Of a stretch of DNA of 64,000 nucleotides, positions 41,066 through 53,592 are shown piece by piece (position 1 is the stretch's first letter; each line of letters begins with the position of its first letter). Position numbers and translations under genes: made by a program. The notes beneath the pieces were generated by a model. It made no database searches. It saw only the letters and a list, made by a program, of their open reading frames with translations, and had not been told where the DNA came from. Source of the stretch: Calcarisporiella thermophila CBS 279.70 (Eukaryota > Fungi > Calcarisporiellomycota); the NCBI RefSeq assembly GCF_041956535.1, contig NW_027192208.1, positions 78,761 to 142,760 on the forward strand. Direction: 5' to 3'.

Positions 41066-43286
41066 GACGTTATTAAAAAAATTAAACTTTGATAATTTCA
41101 ATATTCTTTTAACTACTGGCTTATTGTAGCTCTGTATCATCCACAATGCATCCTGAAGAGTACTTGGATCGTTGAAACTAGCCTCAACTGGTCTTACGAC
41201 TATTAGGCTTTTTCTGTTCTAATTAAAAAATTGCCGCAGTCTAACACAATCCAATAGGCTGAGCTTATTAGGCAAGTAAATATAATATATTGAATAATCC
41301 CGACTTCAGCTCTGCTGTATATTCATTGTTAAGCAATTTAACTATTATATAACACGTAGGGCTATTTGGATCCAAGAATAAAGATATCAATAAATCACTA
41401 CATCAACAAATATTGCATTCACGGATAGTCTCGATTTTCATAACTCAATGGTTGTAATCAACACTCCATCATGAAATTCGTATGCATTTATGATAGAGAG
41501 ATGTGGCAGTAACCATTTCCATATATCACTCACCAAAACTTGAGCTGAGCTTCCAAGTTTCATGATTTGAATGAATGAATAAGGTATATCTATATATAAA
41601 AGAATTGGGGGAAAATACGAAAACTAGGCAAAGAAAATGTTTAGAAAACCCTTTGGTTCAAACCTACTACTATTACTATTACTTTTGGATGTTTAATTCG
41701 AATTGTAAAAAAACAGGATAAGATAGCATTCGAAAAATAACACATTTTATTTAATTATATATTAATCTCCCCAGCTTGTTGATATCTACTCAAATAGTCT
41801 ATTAAACCTAAATCTACGGTATGCTCTCGCAATTAGTAGGTAGGGAGAAAGGGGAATCTCGCCAAGTTGATCTCGAAGTTACATTTTCACTTTTCACACG
41901 ATTGAAATAAATTACCATTAATATGTTCATTGGTATATGAAATATTGTATATTCGATTAAGATACCATCACCTTGCGACTTATTGAAACAAACATTTTAT
42001 AAATTAATGGTATTTATTTTATTTGAGGTGGAAAATCCCTTGAAATTCGTGACTCATCAACGATGCATCCATTAATACTCTGCTAGTATTCTCTCTCGAG
42101 TTAGTGTTGCTACACCAATATTGAGCACATCAGGTCAACTTTTCATAAAAGCAATTATTCTGCTCAATAGCTAAAGCTTGCTACCTCACCGCGTCGCTTG
42201 GTATGTTCGACGATCCAAAATTTCAAAGTAGCACACACAAATGGACCCTTGTGATCAACAGAGAGTAAAATAATATTTTGCATCAGATCGAACTCCTCCA
42301 TCATGGCGGAGCCGAGGCATATGCTCGTGAGCTCCTGTTAAGCATATTGTTGCCTAGAGCCGCTCTGAGCCACCACAGCCAGGCGCTTGGTTGAAACGAA
42401 AATGAGTTTCGATCTATTGCAGAGTGAAAAATCGAAAACGTGGTCTTGCCAAGAGCCTGTGAAAATCGCCTAAATGATCCAAGTTAATATGGATAGTCTC
42501 TTTGATGGATTAAGTTGTTTTCGGGAATCCCCGTAGTCATTGAGGGTTTCATTTGGAATTTTTCCTCCAGTATCACTCCATTAAGCTCGTTGACAAGGTT
42601 AATAGGAATACTCCACTTACAGATGATTTTGGCTTGGCTACATGCCAGATTGCACAGGATAGGGCAGAGTCCCGCCACTTTTTTTCTTGTCCTCTTCTTG
42701 GAACTAAGCTCACAGTAGAATTTCTATGGAGGAAAACTCATCATTTGATCGCCACTACCCTATTTAGAGTTTGCTAAGCCCCGCATCACATTGGTTCATG
42801 CTAGCTAAGCGCCCCCCACTGGCCAAATCGAGACAATCTTCAGGTTCCTTCAAGGGTTACGGATTTTTGCCGTCAACCGCCTCAATGGAGTTAAGATGGC
42901 AGAAGTGAAAGAGAATCTCTGAAGAAAATTCCATCCTTTCATCCAGAGTTATCTCGCTTTTACTTGCATGCAGGTTAGCTTTCTCTCGCTTTAAAATGGT
43001 AAAAAAGACAGTTCACCGGAGAGTCATTATTCTATATTCTACGGGCAAAAGAATCCAATCCGAATCATTGTCCCACGATGACACCATGCAGGCCTAGCAA
43101 ACCTATCATGCCAAGATGATTTCCTAAGTGTTTTTTCCTAAGAAATTTCCTCTTTGTCCGAAATGGGTCGGTCCAAGACTTTTTTAATAACTCACCAATT
43201 CGGAGTGAATATCGGCTAATGCCATCTTATAAAAGCGGGGCCAGCAACCATCGGGTCCAATCAACACAAAACCTACTACAATATAC

Positions 43287-44169
43287 ATGAAAGATACACG
43301 TCCTCTCGACATGGAATCCGAGCCGGAAGGTCCTCTGCAGCCAGCAGCCACCCAACAGGAGTCCAAGGTGGATCATTCGTGGAAATGGAAGACTCCTTTA
43401 TATCTAATGGTGAATCTCGGCCTTACCGTCGGTGCTCCTTTGGGGCTTTATTATGGACTTAAGGTAAGCTTCATCTTATGCCATTGAGAATCACCCGAAA
43501 TTGAAGTTCTCTTTTTTTTTTTCATCATCAAAGAATAAAGTAGGCAATACCTACGCACTGTTGATTGGATCCGTCCCCGCTCTACTCATGGTGATAATTG
43601 ATATCATTCGTAAACGTCGTTTGAATGCCTTTGGCGCAGTCGTGCTCTTTGGGTTTCTGGTCAGCGCGATCTTCGCTGTGGTGACGGGCGATGCTCGTGT
43701 TCTTCTTGTCCGCGAATCGTTTGGACTTGTTGTTGTTGGAATTGCTTTCATTTTTACCCTTCTTCCTTTTCGTTGGCGTGGTACCCGATTTCGCCCTCTA
43801 TCTCATCATTTTGGGAAAGAAATGATCGATGTCCCCAATTTTGAAGGAACTGGACGTAATATGCTTGATTTAATGTGGGATGAATCGAAGAACTACCGCC
43901 GAACCCAACGGATTAATACTGGGATGTGGGGGATCGGGCTTGTCTGCGAGTTTGTTGTCAAGCTGGTGATAGCCTATGTGCTTCCGATCGACACCGCTGT
44001 CTATGTGTCCAACATCGTCAATATTGCATTTCAAGTCGCCCTCATAGCCCTGAACGTGCTCATTTCCATCATAATGGATAAAAAAACGCGCAGAGAAATT
44101 GCACAATATTTCGAGCGGCGACATGAGCAAGAGCGTGAGCAGATTCAGATTGAGGAACATACCGCGTAG
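43287..44169 (+). CDS. Multi-pass membrane protein resembling the bacterial VC0807 family, 2 exons
   Basis: About 6 TM segments. Motifs PLGLYYGLK, R.RRL...G, TGDARVLLVRES, RPL..HFG, W..S..YRR..R..T.MWGIGL. Intron GTAAGC..AAG at 43464-43532. Confidence 0.75.
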
Positions 44170-44849
44170 GGAAGATAAGTGACTAGATGCATCCATATAG
44201 AATTTATTCTACCATTCCTCCCCCCTCTTACCTTCCCCCTCCCCCCTCCCCCCTCTACCCTTCATTCTGCAATTATTTATCATTCCGCACTTAATCCAAG
44301 ATACCAGTGATTTATTTGATTCTATATTGTATGTAATATTGGTTGGAAAGGATATTCAGTAATAATACAAGTGTTTAAATTTTATCTCTAAAAGGGGAAA
44401 CCTATAGAAGATTGAATGGGTACAGTGCCACCCATCCTTTATACACTTACCACCGGCACATATTATCCCAGAAGAGGAGCGATCCATAGCTCGCACAGCT
44501 AACACACTCTCAGATAATGTCTGCTACAATAAGTTGTTTTGGTTATTAAAGTTCTCAATGGCCAAAGTGGCTAGACTCAGTGTTGGCATATGACAGATAA
44601 TTTTTTTTATCTCATTCCAGCGTTCTGTATGCTCTATAATTCAACTAAGGACCCCTTCTTTCATCTGCAAATGGCCTCTTGGGAGGAGCAGGGTTAAAGG
44701 ATCTTTACAGAGCACACTGCACTTATTCAGCCAGCACAAGCGTATGCTTGGATGTAGACCAAATGATTTTTAGGATTAACTTGATTTATAGTAGATATAA
44801 AGTAATGGATGAGAAGAGGGACGCCAGTAATCACATAGCCCAATCGATA

Positions 44850-45830
44850 TAAGAGCGGTGAAAAGACACACAGCCCCTAGATATTATCCCCAAACCATAC
44901 CATCTTACACCGCAAGCCATCCCGCGGGATCAGTCCAAGGTTAAAAATATAGAACATGTCCTCCAGTATATAGGGGAGTGAACCTAGCCCTGACTGTCAG
45001 TGCTCATTTAAGCCTTCTATGAACCTCTAGTCGATTTCGTTTTATGGCAGAGTGTATTGCATGATATTGATTTGTTCGCCATCATGCTTGCCTAACCCAA
45101 TGATGGAATTTGCAACCCTTTTATCACTTGTTATTTCCTCCCTCTCTCTCCAACGCCTATGACAATTTTGATCTGATTCGAAAGCGCCGTGTGAACGTTG
45201 CGCTCATTATATACCTGACCAGCACACCTTTTACCCTCGTGACAGACGATTCAAGTATGCTATTTATCCGCGAATAATTCGGCACAATTACGATGGATTA
45301 TCATTTGGATGAGCCAGAAAGCCGGCTTCGTCCGCTATGCCATTTCTTGACCCATATGGATGAAAGTGATCTCTCATTCTAATATTCAAAGTTCGAGTCG
45401 AAACGTGCTCACCTTATTTGCGATATGTACCGAAAGCGTATCGCAAAACTTAGCTAGGCATTTCTGCTAAGCATGGAAGTGGGCTTATCGTCGAGTTTGT
45501 TATCAGACTGATGTCTGTCTTAGTCATCCCTATTGATACCGACGTCTCTACATCAGATAGAGTCAACAGCTCTATTTTTCGGGTGCTGCTACTAGAGCTT
45601 CATGTTTCTGATGCTAGCTGCTGCGAGAAGAATATCGCTCAGAGGAGTTTCCCTCCATTTCGAGCGCCACAGAGAGCAGTAGGAGCAAGAGAATAAGTAG
45701 GTTTAGGTAAAAGATCTGGGTGCGCCAAGATTACGTAGCGAATAGAGGAGGAAACATGGGTAGATAATTCATTATACCCTCTCCTTCTCCCTGCTTCATT
45801 TATATATCATTTCTTCTAAACCCAAGATAC
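44850..45830 (+). pseudogene. Decayed tandem duplicate of the 43287-44169 membrane-protein gene
   Basis: Collinear matches: gtccaaggt; gtgaacctagccctgactgtcagtgctc vs gtgaatctcggccttaccgtcggtgctc; DLIRKRRVN..LVTDDSSMLFIRE*FG vs DIIRKRRLN..VVTGDARVLLVRESFG; IPIDTDV vs LPIDTAV; shared 3' ccaagatac. Many stops and indels. Confidence 0.8.
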
Positions 45831-46770
45831 TAACATCCCGTATAAAGCTCCAGCGTAAGCAATACTGGATGGAATGCATGCTAATATATCCGCAAAATAA
45901 GTGGCCGAACCCTATTGCTGGGGAAAGAGGGGGGAGGAGAGGAAGGCGGATGCGACAGAGGCAATGCCATAAATAACCATCCGCCCGCTATGAATCACCA
46001 TCGCGCCAACGCTGGTGACGTAAGAGGCGAGGGCGAGCGCAGGAGTTTCTATTTTTCCATTGCGTCGATCGGAGAGGCTTTTGAAGCACAGCTTCCGACG
46101 TGGTACACTGTGCAGCCCGGATCGAAGCAGTATCGAGAAGTTCTCGGAGAAAGCGGGAAGCCCAGCCATGTGGGCAAAACTCTAAACACAAACGCTTGTT
46201 CATTGCGTCGCCTTGATCCGCCATGGCCTAAGAGCTGGAGCCCCAGGGGACAGGAGCGTGAGCCATGCTGCTTTAAGGTTTAGGGTTAGGTTTGCCAGAT
46301 AAGCTTCCGTCCTTCTGTTCTCACCACGCAGTCGCCGTGACTCCTCTCGAGTAAGAACCCGCTTGCGCGAGCCGTGGCCCCGGCCGTGCTCCCGCTCCCC
46401 AGCGGCGGTTGCTAACGAGCCCAACACTAATCCCTGCCGCAGGAGCGATCAGGGCTGAGCCGGCCCATGCTGTGAGGCCCGGGGCCGCACCAGCTGCATC
46501 TGTGCTCGCGCCGTGATAATCTGCTTGTCCTATAGCGGTCGGGAGGTTAACTCCATAAGGAAGCCGCGTGGGACAAGACACCAGGAGTAGGGAGCCATCC
46601 AAAAGTCTATTTCGCACCCCCCTATAAGGCACTCACCACCACTCGCGTGTATTGAACTCTTTATTTCGCCTCATTCCTTGCATTTGCTCTCCTCTTGCTC
46701 CCCCTCCCCGCTCGCCCTTGCTGCCTTCTCTCGCCGGCCCCCCTCCATTGCCCTCCCGCCATCCCCATTC

Positions 46771-48858
46771 ATGAGCCTCCTCGAAATGGCTCGACGCGAT
46801 CGAATTGCGCTGCCAACCCAAAGAGCGAGTGCACTCCGTGATCCCGCCCCATGCATGCCAACCATGCCATTAAAAATGACGGCCGCAGCCGCGGCCTCCC
46901 ATGCTGCGAATGTTCCGCCGAGTATCGTAGACGCGCAAATCTCCGAAGCCGAAAGCCTCATGCACTCTACGCATGCGCTAAGTGCCTGCCAGCGCTGTAA
47001 GCGAAGAAAGGTATGTGCATTCTCTGGCATTGGATTGACATTGCGGCCCATTCTCAACGGCTCATCCATGCTCCCCTAGAATCGGTGCACCATGGAGCTG
47101 CCGTCGTGCTTCCGATGTCGAAAGTCGGGCGACCCGTGCGTCTATCCCGAAGAGCCGTACGACATGGAGGAATTCGTTCAAACCTTCATGCAGCGCATTT
47201 CGCAGACCGCGCGTCGCATGCGCGAGCTCGAGTCCAAGCTTGCCGCCACCAGCCCGAGAATCAGCCAGATTCAAAGCCTGCTGGTGCTACATCAATTTGC
47301 GCTCCAGCATCACTGGAGACTGATCCCGCTCGCCAATGGCCTCCGCATCCACACCAACCTACGCAGCGTGGCGGACCTGTTCCGCTTTATAGAGCACCAG
47401 CTGATGCGCTTTGGCTTCTCGGGCGAGCGGCTGTTTTGTAACATGCCACGGCGCTATATGGCGGCGGGGCGTCTCTCCCAAACATACCTGCGCCACTATG
47501 GGAACCTGTCCACGCAGCTAACGCGCAAGCAGCGGCTCGCCAAGCTGGACCTGGCCCACCTCGTCTCGTCCTATAAATCCGCGCTGGACTCGTTCATCTA
47601 CACCTTTGACGACTGCTCCATCTTCTACCAATCGGTCGATCGCGCGGCATTCATCGACGACTACCGCTCGGGCAGGATGGACCCTTTGCTGAAGTGGTCG
47701 GTGTGGATGTGGATGGCCCATCACGTCTATTTCCAACACCCGAACTCGGATCCAAGCTACTTATTCTTGGCCGACATCGCGCATGAAAAGACGGTGGAGC
47801 TGATGGTAACTGCCCGCCTTTGAGGCCTTGCTTTTTCCACGACTAGCTCTCACACCCGCTTTCCGCCCCTGTAGAGAGAGCGCTTCGACATGCCCTCCCT
47901 GGCCACGGTCATGGCCCACGTATTTCTGTTTCTGGCGAACATGTACGAGGGCAAGGACACCGATCACATCAATCTAGCCATCCAACACCTGGAGATTTTG
48001 CGCGTCAAGTACGAGAACCCCTCCAACTCCCACATAGATGCGCGCAGCCTGGAGACATTTCGACGGGTTGCGTGGGCGGTGTACCTGGTTCATCGCATCA
48101 AAACTCTTTTTTTATTCGGCCCAGGCCGTAATGATATCCCCGTGGACACCATCCCACTCGTCCCAGAGCCTAGGCGCATGCCCCATGAGGCTCTCGAAAT
48201 CGATGCCTATGTATCCTTCATCACCAACACGATGCAAATGACCGGCATGCTTCTTTCAGAGATGCGACTACGATCCGGATACCCCTCCGAAGAGGAGTTC
48301 GCCGCGAAAATGGAACGCAAATTAAAGGATTGCTTTGCCCAACTCCCATCCTACATCACTCAACCGCGCTCCAACGTCCGCTTTGCCGCGAGGTCATTAT
48401 CGGAATACGAGATGGCGCTGTGCCAAGTGTACTTCCCACTGCTTCCTCCCTTGACAAGCTCTCCATCCCAGGTTCCCTCCATCTCCCCCAGGAGCCCTCC
48501 GGCCCCAGCCCCGATCCAACAGCGGGCTCTGGACCTGTGCTCGCAGGCGACTCGTCGTTCTCTCGCGACGATCAAAGGCCTCTTACAACACAAATGTTAC
48601 TGCCAGATGTACGGCCTCTTCCCTCATCTGAAAATGGCTTTTCTGGTGCAGAGCCGCGTATTTTTCCTGTCGACATCTCCGGTGGAGCGCGTCAAAGCCA
48701 TCGAGAGCCTTCACCTCTGTTTGAGTTTAATTCGCACTTGCGCTTCATGCTTGCGAGTGCCTGCGGGGAAAAGCCTATTGCAACAGGTGGAGGAGTTTTT
48801 CGTAGAGCATCTCTCGGACCATCCCGTGTGCGAAGAAAGAATGAACCTGGAGTCCTGA
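46771..48858 (+). CDS. Zn(II)2Cys6 fungal transcription factor (paralog 3), 3 exons; exact start uncertain
   Basis: CQRCKRRK|NRCTMELPSCFRCRKSGDPC. Introns at 47011-47079 and 47806-47874; the second junction gives VELM|RERFDMPS. Confidence 0.85.
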
Positions 48859-50841
48859 GCACCCCTACATCCATATACCTTTTGACCCCTCAGTGGTAAA
48901 AATAGCTTTTTATTTTCTCCACCATGTATAGATTTTTTTACCTTTGTTTTTTTTCTCCTTTTGTCTTCTTCACATTGTATCAGTTGCTTTAATTGCCAAG
49001 TGTATTTTATATTTATTCTATTGACACATCATTTACATTCATAAATCACTTTGAAATAAAACCCGGCGCTGTCCACCTACTGTGACGGCCCTATGGCTCG
49101 ACGTGCGCTTGAAAAAGGAGATGGGTGAGGATGCTAACCTCTCCTAGCCCCATGCTCTATCCGAGGCGACAATGGTCGTTCCTGCCGTTTTTTGTGTGAT
49201 CGTGGCTAAGTCTTTTGCTATTTTTTGCACTTTAGCGCACTCCACACATGACTCCGAGAGCCAGGGCTCCTGGCGAACGGCTCTGCCTACCCCCCTTCGG
49301 CTAAATCCCGGATCCAGCCAGGAAAAGTCAACCCGGAGCAGACGGAATACAAAGCATGTTATTCACTAATTGCACCTGCCAAGACGGGGAGCAGAATGCC
49401 ACAGCCTCTGAGATGCAGCCCTTGTTAGAGAGTTCAAAACTGGCACCCCAGAGCTGGATCCCCGATGCTGGTTCTTGCTGTGAGGTTAAATATTTATTCT
49501 AACCTAACACGGTTCTCCACAACAAGCGATTGGCCTAGGGGAGGGGTCTTAGCTGGCCCAACCATGATGTAAGAAAGTCTGTATCCCATAGCCAGTGTGG
49601 CTCACTGAGAGCCCCCTTACTCCACACATGCGCAGACGCGTTTCTCCATATGCAGGGTTGAAGCGGCTGCTGACTCATCCTCTTGACATCTTAACACAAG
49701 AACCTTGATGGCTGTGCACTTGTTATTATTAACATGCTTCATAAATGGCAAGCTGACGGCAGAGTTCAGGATTGGCCGAAGCGAAAACTCAGATGGCCAT
49801 GCGAACGAGGGGTTTGATCCGGCCCATATCGGCGGCAGCGTATGGTTGAGCACGAGATTTGAGTCAAGCTTTCAGCAATCCCGCTCAGCCAAAGGCCGTT
49901 AGCATCATCGCCCCGACAATCTCGCCCCATTCCGCGGCGGATGGAAGGGGGGCGGAAGACGTCTGTGTTTCAATTAGAGTTGATTATGCAATAGTGAATC
50001 GCTTCTCGTCGATTAGATTTCGCAACACTGGAGCGAAAGCGCTCCCATGCCAACCCCGCCTGGATCGTGACGTCCCGAGAGGAGGCTTCTGTAGTCATGG
50101 CCCAGACGCAAAGGCTCATTTTAACCTGGCTCCGCTGACGGCTTCTATTCTCGGAGACCGTCTTCCCCATCCGATTTATGGTTTAATCTAAGCATTTCGC
50201 GCTTGAATTGGTGAGTACTCAGCACTTATCAAGGCAAAATGTGCCCTCTCCAGCCAGCTCTCACAGCATGGTAGATGCTTTATTCGAAGCATTTTTTAAT
50301 GCCCTTTGAAAGCCGACTGTATTTAAGATTTGCACTAGCATGTATTTCAGTAGGGATTCATCCGTATCCCTTTGCAAACTTATCTAGTCTCTGTAAAAAA
50401 AAATCTACGACGGCAAAAGATTCAGTTAATATCCCGCTGGAAAGAGTATCCCCATGCTGGTTTGTAGAACAGGGCCAGCTTCTATGAAGGACCTCTTTAT
50501 ATGAATTTAGGCTTGAATGAAACCATGAGCTGAGACCCTTGGTAGTTACTATCACTATCCGTGTGGTAAATGTTGTCAACTTTTTGGCGCACCAATACTC
50601 CGAGTATCGTATTTACGCTAAAGACTCTACGATGACCTTTAGCTTGCTTTAAAGGACGCTCATTTCTGGGCAAATACGCTTCACTGGTCTCATAAATTAG
50701 GTGGCAACTTATTAAACCGAGGCCTAATGGCTCAGGTATATCAATTTTATTTGCCTTGCACTTAGCAGTCACTCTAACCCACTCGTGAGCTGCTGTTCTT
50801 GTAAGCTTGCAAGTGGAGAGCAGAGATTAGCGAGCCTGAAA

Positions 50842-52211
50842 ATGTCCCATTTCACAGAATCATCCTTGGTCGAGAAGCTCAATATGCTGAATGATACCCA
50901 GCAATGTATCGGAGTGGTATCACACTGTGAGTAACTCCATCTCATTCTCGTTCCAATTAAGATCTTACGGCAAAACTCTTCTGATCAATAGGGATGGTCT
51001 TTCATCGGAGGAACGCTAAAGACTGTGTTCGGATTTGGGAGCAAGAATTGAGGAAGGGTGTGTGATATCTTGCTGAAAATATCAATCGGGTGTGACCTAA
51101 TCCTAACTAAATGGCTATCTCGTTTTAGTTTCCCCCGCCAAAAAACTCTCTTTTGTATATCTGTGTAATGATGTTTGCCAAATATCACGAAAGAAGGGCA
51201 CCGAGTTTTTGGATGCCTTTCGAGATGTACGCATTGGGTTTCATTGTTTTGCGTTAATGGGATGTATTTTTTTTTTTCTTATGTTATATTTCCGTTAATT
51301 AGGTATTGCCAAGGGCTCTGGAACACGCTTACCGTAAAAACCCACCCGACGTCCAAAAGAAAATAGTTCGTGTCCTGGATGTGTGGAAAGAGAGGCAAGT
51401 GTATCCTGAGGAATTTGTGGAAGCATTGATAGCACGACTTGGGCAAAATAGCAAAAGAGGTTAGATTTTTATTCACAAAACTTAAGGGTCTATGGGTAAA
51501 TAGGTTAATTTTTCTATTATCTAGAGGAAAAGGTCGAAAAGCCCGGTCCTCAACTTGTTCCACAGCCTAAATCACAGGAAAATTCACAAGAAAGCAAAAA
51601 GAGAAGCCGCAGAGAGGTATTTCCTTATCCCTTGGTGTGTCAGAATGGATTGTAATATTCACTTTCCCCTCCTACAGTCCGAACTTTTCACTGTTCTATC
51701 GGAGCTGGAGGAGTCCGATTCGCAAATTGACAAAGTATATAAACAGACGGAGCAGATATGCTCTGCACTAGCCTCCTCGTTTAAAGCCAATAAAGAAGCC
51801 AATGGTAATACAGGCCTGAAGATACCTTGCTTTTGCTACGGAATTCAATAATTAACCTCTCTCGGTTTAGAACTGGGTCAGGATCCAGGCCGCTTTGAGC
51901 CCTTCCTCTTGAATCTTAAGCAACATCTCGAAGGGCAGATCGACAAACGTTCTCAGTTCAGGGAATCCCTTGCATCCCTTGCCAACGAGCAGTCGGACCA
52001 TATTACCCGTGACCGGGCGAAACTCTATCGGCTAGTCGATCTAATCCAAGATATACGCCATTTGAAGAGGGAATATGACAAGCGGTTACCCCAGTATAGT
52101 AGTAGGGGCCAAGTGGAAGCACCCCCTCCTACGTCGAGAAAGATCTCTGATCCAAGAGCCCATGACGGGGGAAAAAAGGTACAGCCTAGGCCACCCGAGA
52201 GAGGAAAGTAG
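50842..52211 (+). CDS. RTT103: RNA Pol II CTD-interacting domain (CID) protein, Rtt103/RPRD1-like; mostly missed by the ORF track because of short exons
   Basis: Spliced: MSHFTESSLVEKLNMLNDTQQCIGVVSH|WMVFHRRNAKDCVRIWEQELRK|VSPAKKLSFVYLCNDVCQISRKKG..RVLDVWKERQVY. Confidence 0.82.
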
Positions 52212-53592
52212 GAAAACGGTCGCCACCAACCGTGTCGTTTGCAGTCACTGACTGGAAAGCTACCACTTTGGGCCTGCATACCCTCCACTCTCCCGCACCA
52301 TTCATGGCCCATTCTAGGAGTCGAAAAAGAGAGATCCTATCTCGAGGGTGATCCCAATTTATTGTCATGGTCTATGTACAAGCGATAACTGTTTTTTAAA
52401 ATTATTAGCTGCGATTTCTTTCCTTCCTGCTTCTTTTTTTTTGCTTCTACTTTAGTTCTCTGAAGTTTGGTTTAGTTGATATGGATGTGAATGTGAATGC
52501 GAGTGTAAATACATTTATCTATTCTAGTCTATGAATTTATTATTTTTCGTTGCGGAGAAGAACGACGAATTCAAGCATGCAAGTTCTACATGAACGGGAG
52601 GAATAAAAATGGCTAGACTTGAGGAGGAATCCTCTGGGAGGAAGCGACTATTGTAGGCTTTTTCGTAAATCCCACCTTTACAGGAAATATCTCCACATTC
52701 TGAATGGTTATTTGCCACTGCTGTACTCTTTTATTATTTGCGTACATTCTATCTAAATCGTTCAATTGAGTAGTATACAGGCTCCACCAGCCCAATATGT
52801 CCTTTCAAAATCGGGGCTGCAGGACAAACTGCTCGAAAACCGGCTACGTTTTCTATTTTTTACGCCTCCCTGTAGTTTTTAAAAACCCCAATTTAATATA
52901 TTGAAAGGACGGATGGAGGAGGATAGAGTTAAAACATTGCGGTGCACGAAAATAAAATGAATGTTAGATGCTCCGCATTCTCACAGGAGAACAATACAAA
53001 TCTGGTCAATGTAACGTAATCAAGTAGTCAAGTAAAATATAGTTATGGATTTAGGATTGATTAATCTAAATCCGTTTGACCTTCAGTGTCCGTAACGGAC
53101 CATAGAGAGGAGTAGGGAGGGTTAATGTCAGTGAGCAATACTCGAATGAAATATTCAGTCGCAATGCTATATTCACACAAACTTCTACTACGGTTGAAAG
53201 AGTACTATCCGCCAACGGCGGAGAAATCAATCCTGGTTATTAACAACATTTTCAAGTTAGTAGCAAGTCCTTAGTTTTATAAAAATAAATTTAGATCTCA
53301 ATTTCATTGCATTTTCTCTCAAAATTTTAACACCGTATTTTTCTTAGTAGGCAAGGAATCAATATCCCTCGTAGCCATTTTGGGTTGTACCATTTTTTTT
53401 TTCTTTTCAACGTTTGTAATATGCCCCGAAAAATAGCTGTTGTTGGGAAATAAAATAGAATAGTGTGTTCATGGCAAAAATGGTAAATAAAAAGTCGCGT
53501 TGGGATATAGTACAATATAGGAATGTGACGAAAATAATTAAAAGAATCTAAATGAACTTGGAGCTAAAAAAAAAAAACAATTAAAAATCCAG

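Noticed and set aside
46272-46292. TTAAGGTTTAGGGTTAGGTT, telomere-like
   Set aside because: Only one perfect TTAGGG unit; not an array.
49998-50020. ATCGCTTCTCG resembling the U2 snRNA 5' end
   Set aside because: No GTGTAGTA branch-pairing region or Sm site follows.
53047-53073. Imperfect inverted repeat GGATTTAGGATT..AATCTAAATCC
   Set aside because: A single short hairpin with no TSD or second copy.
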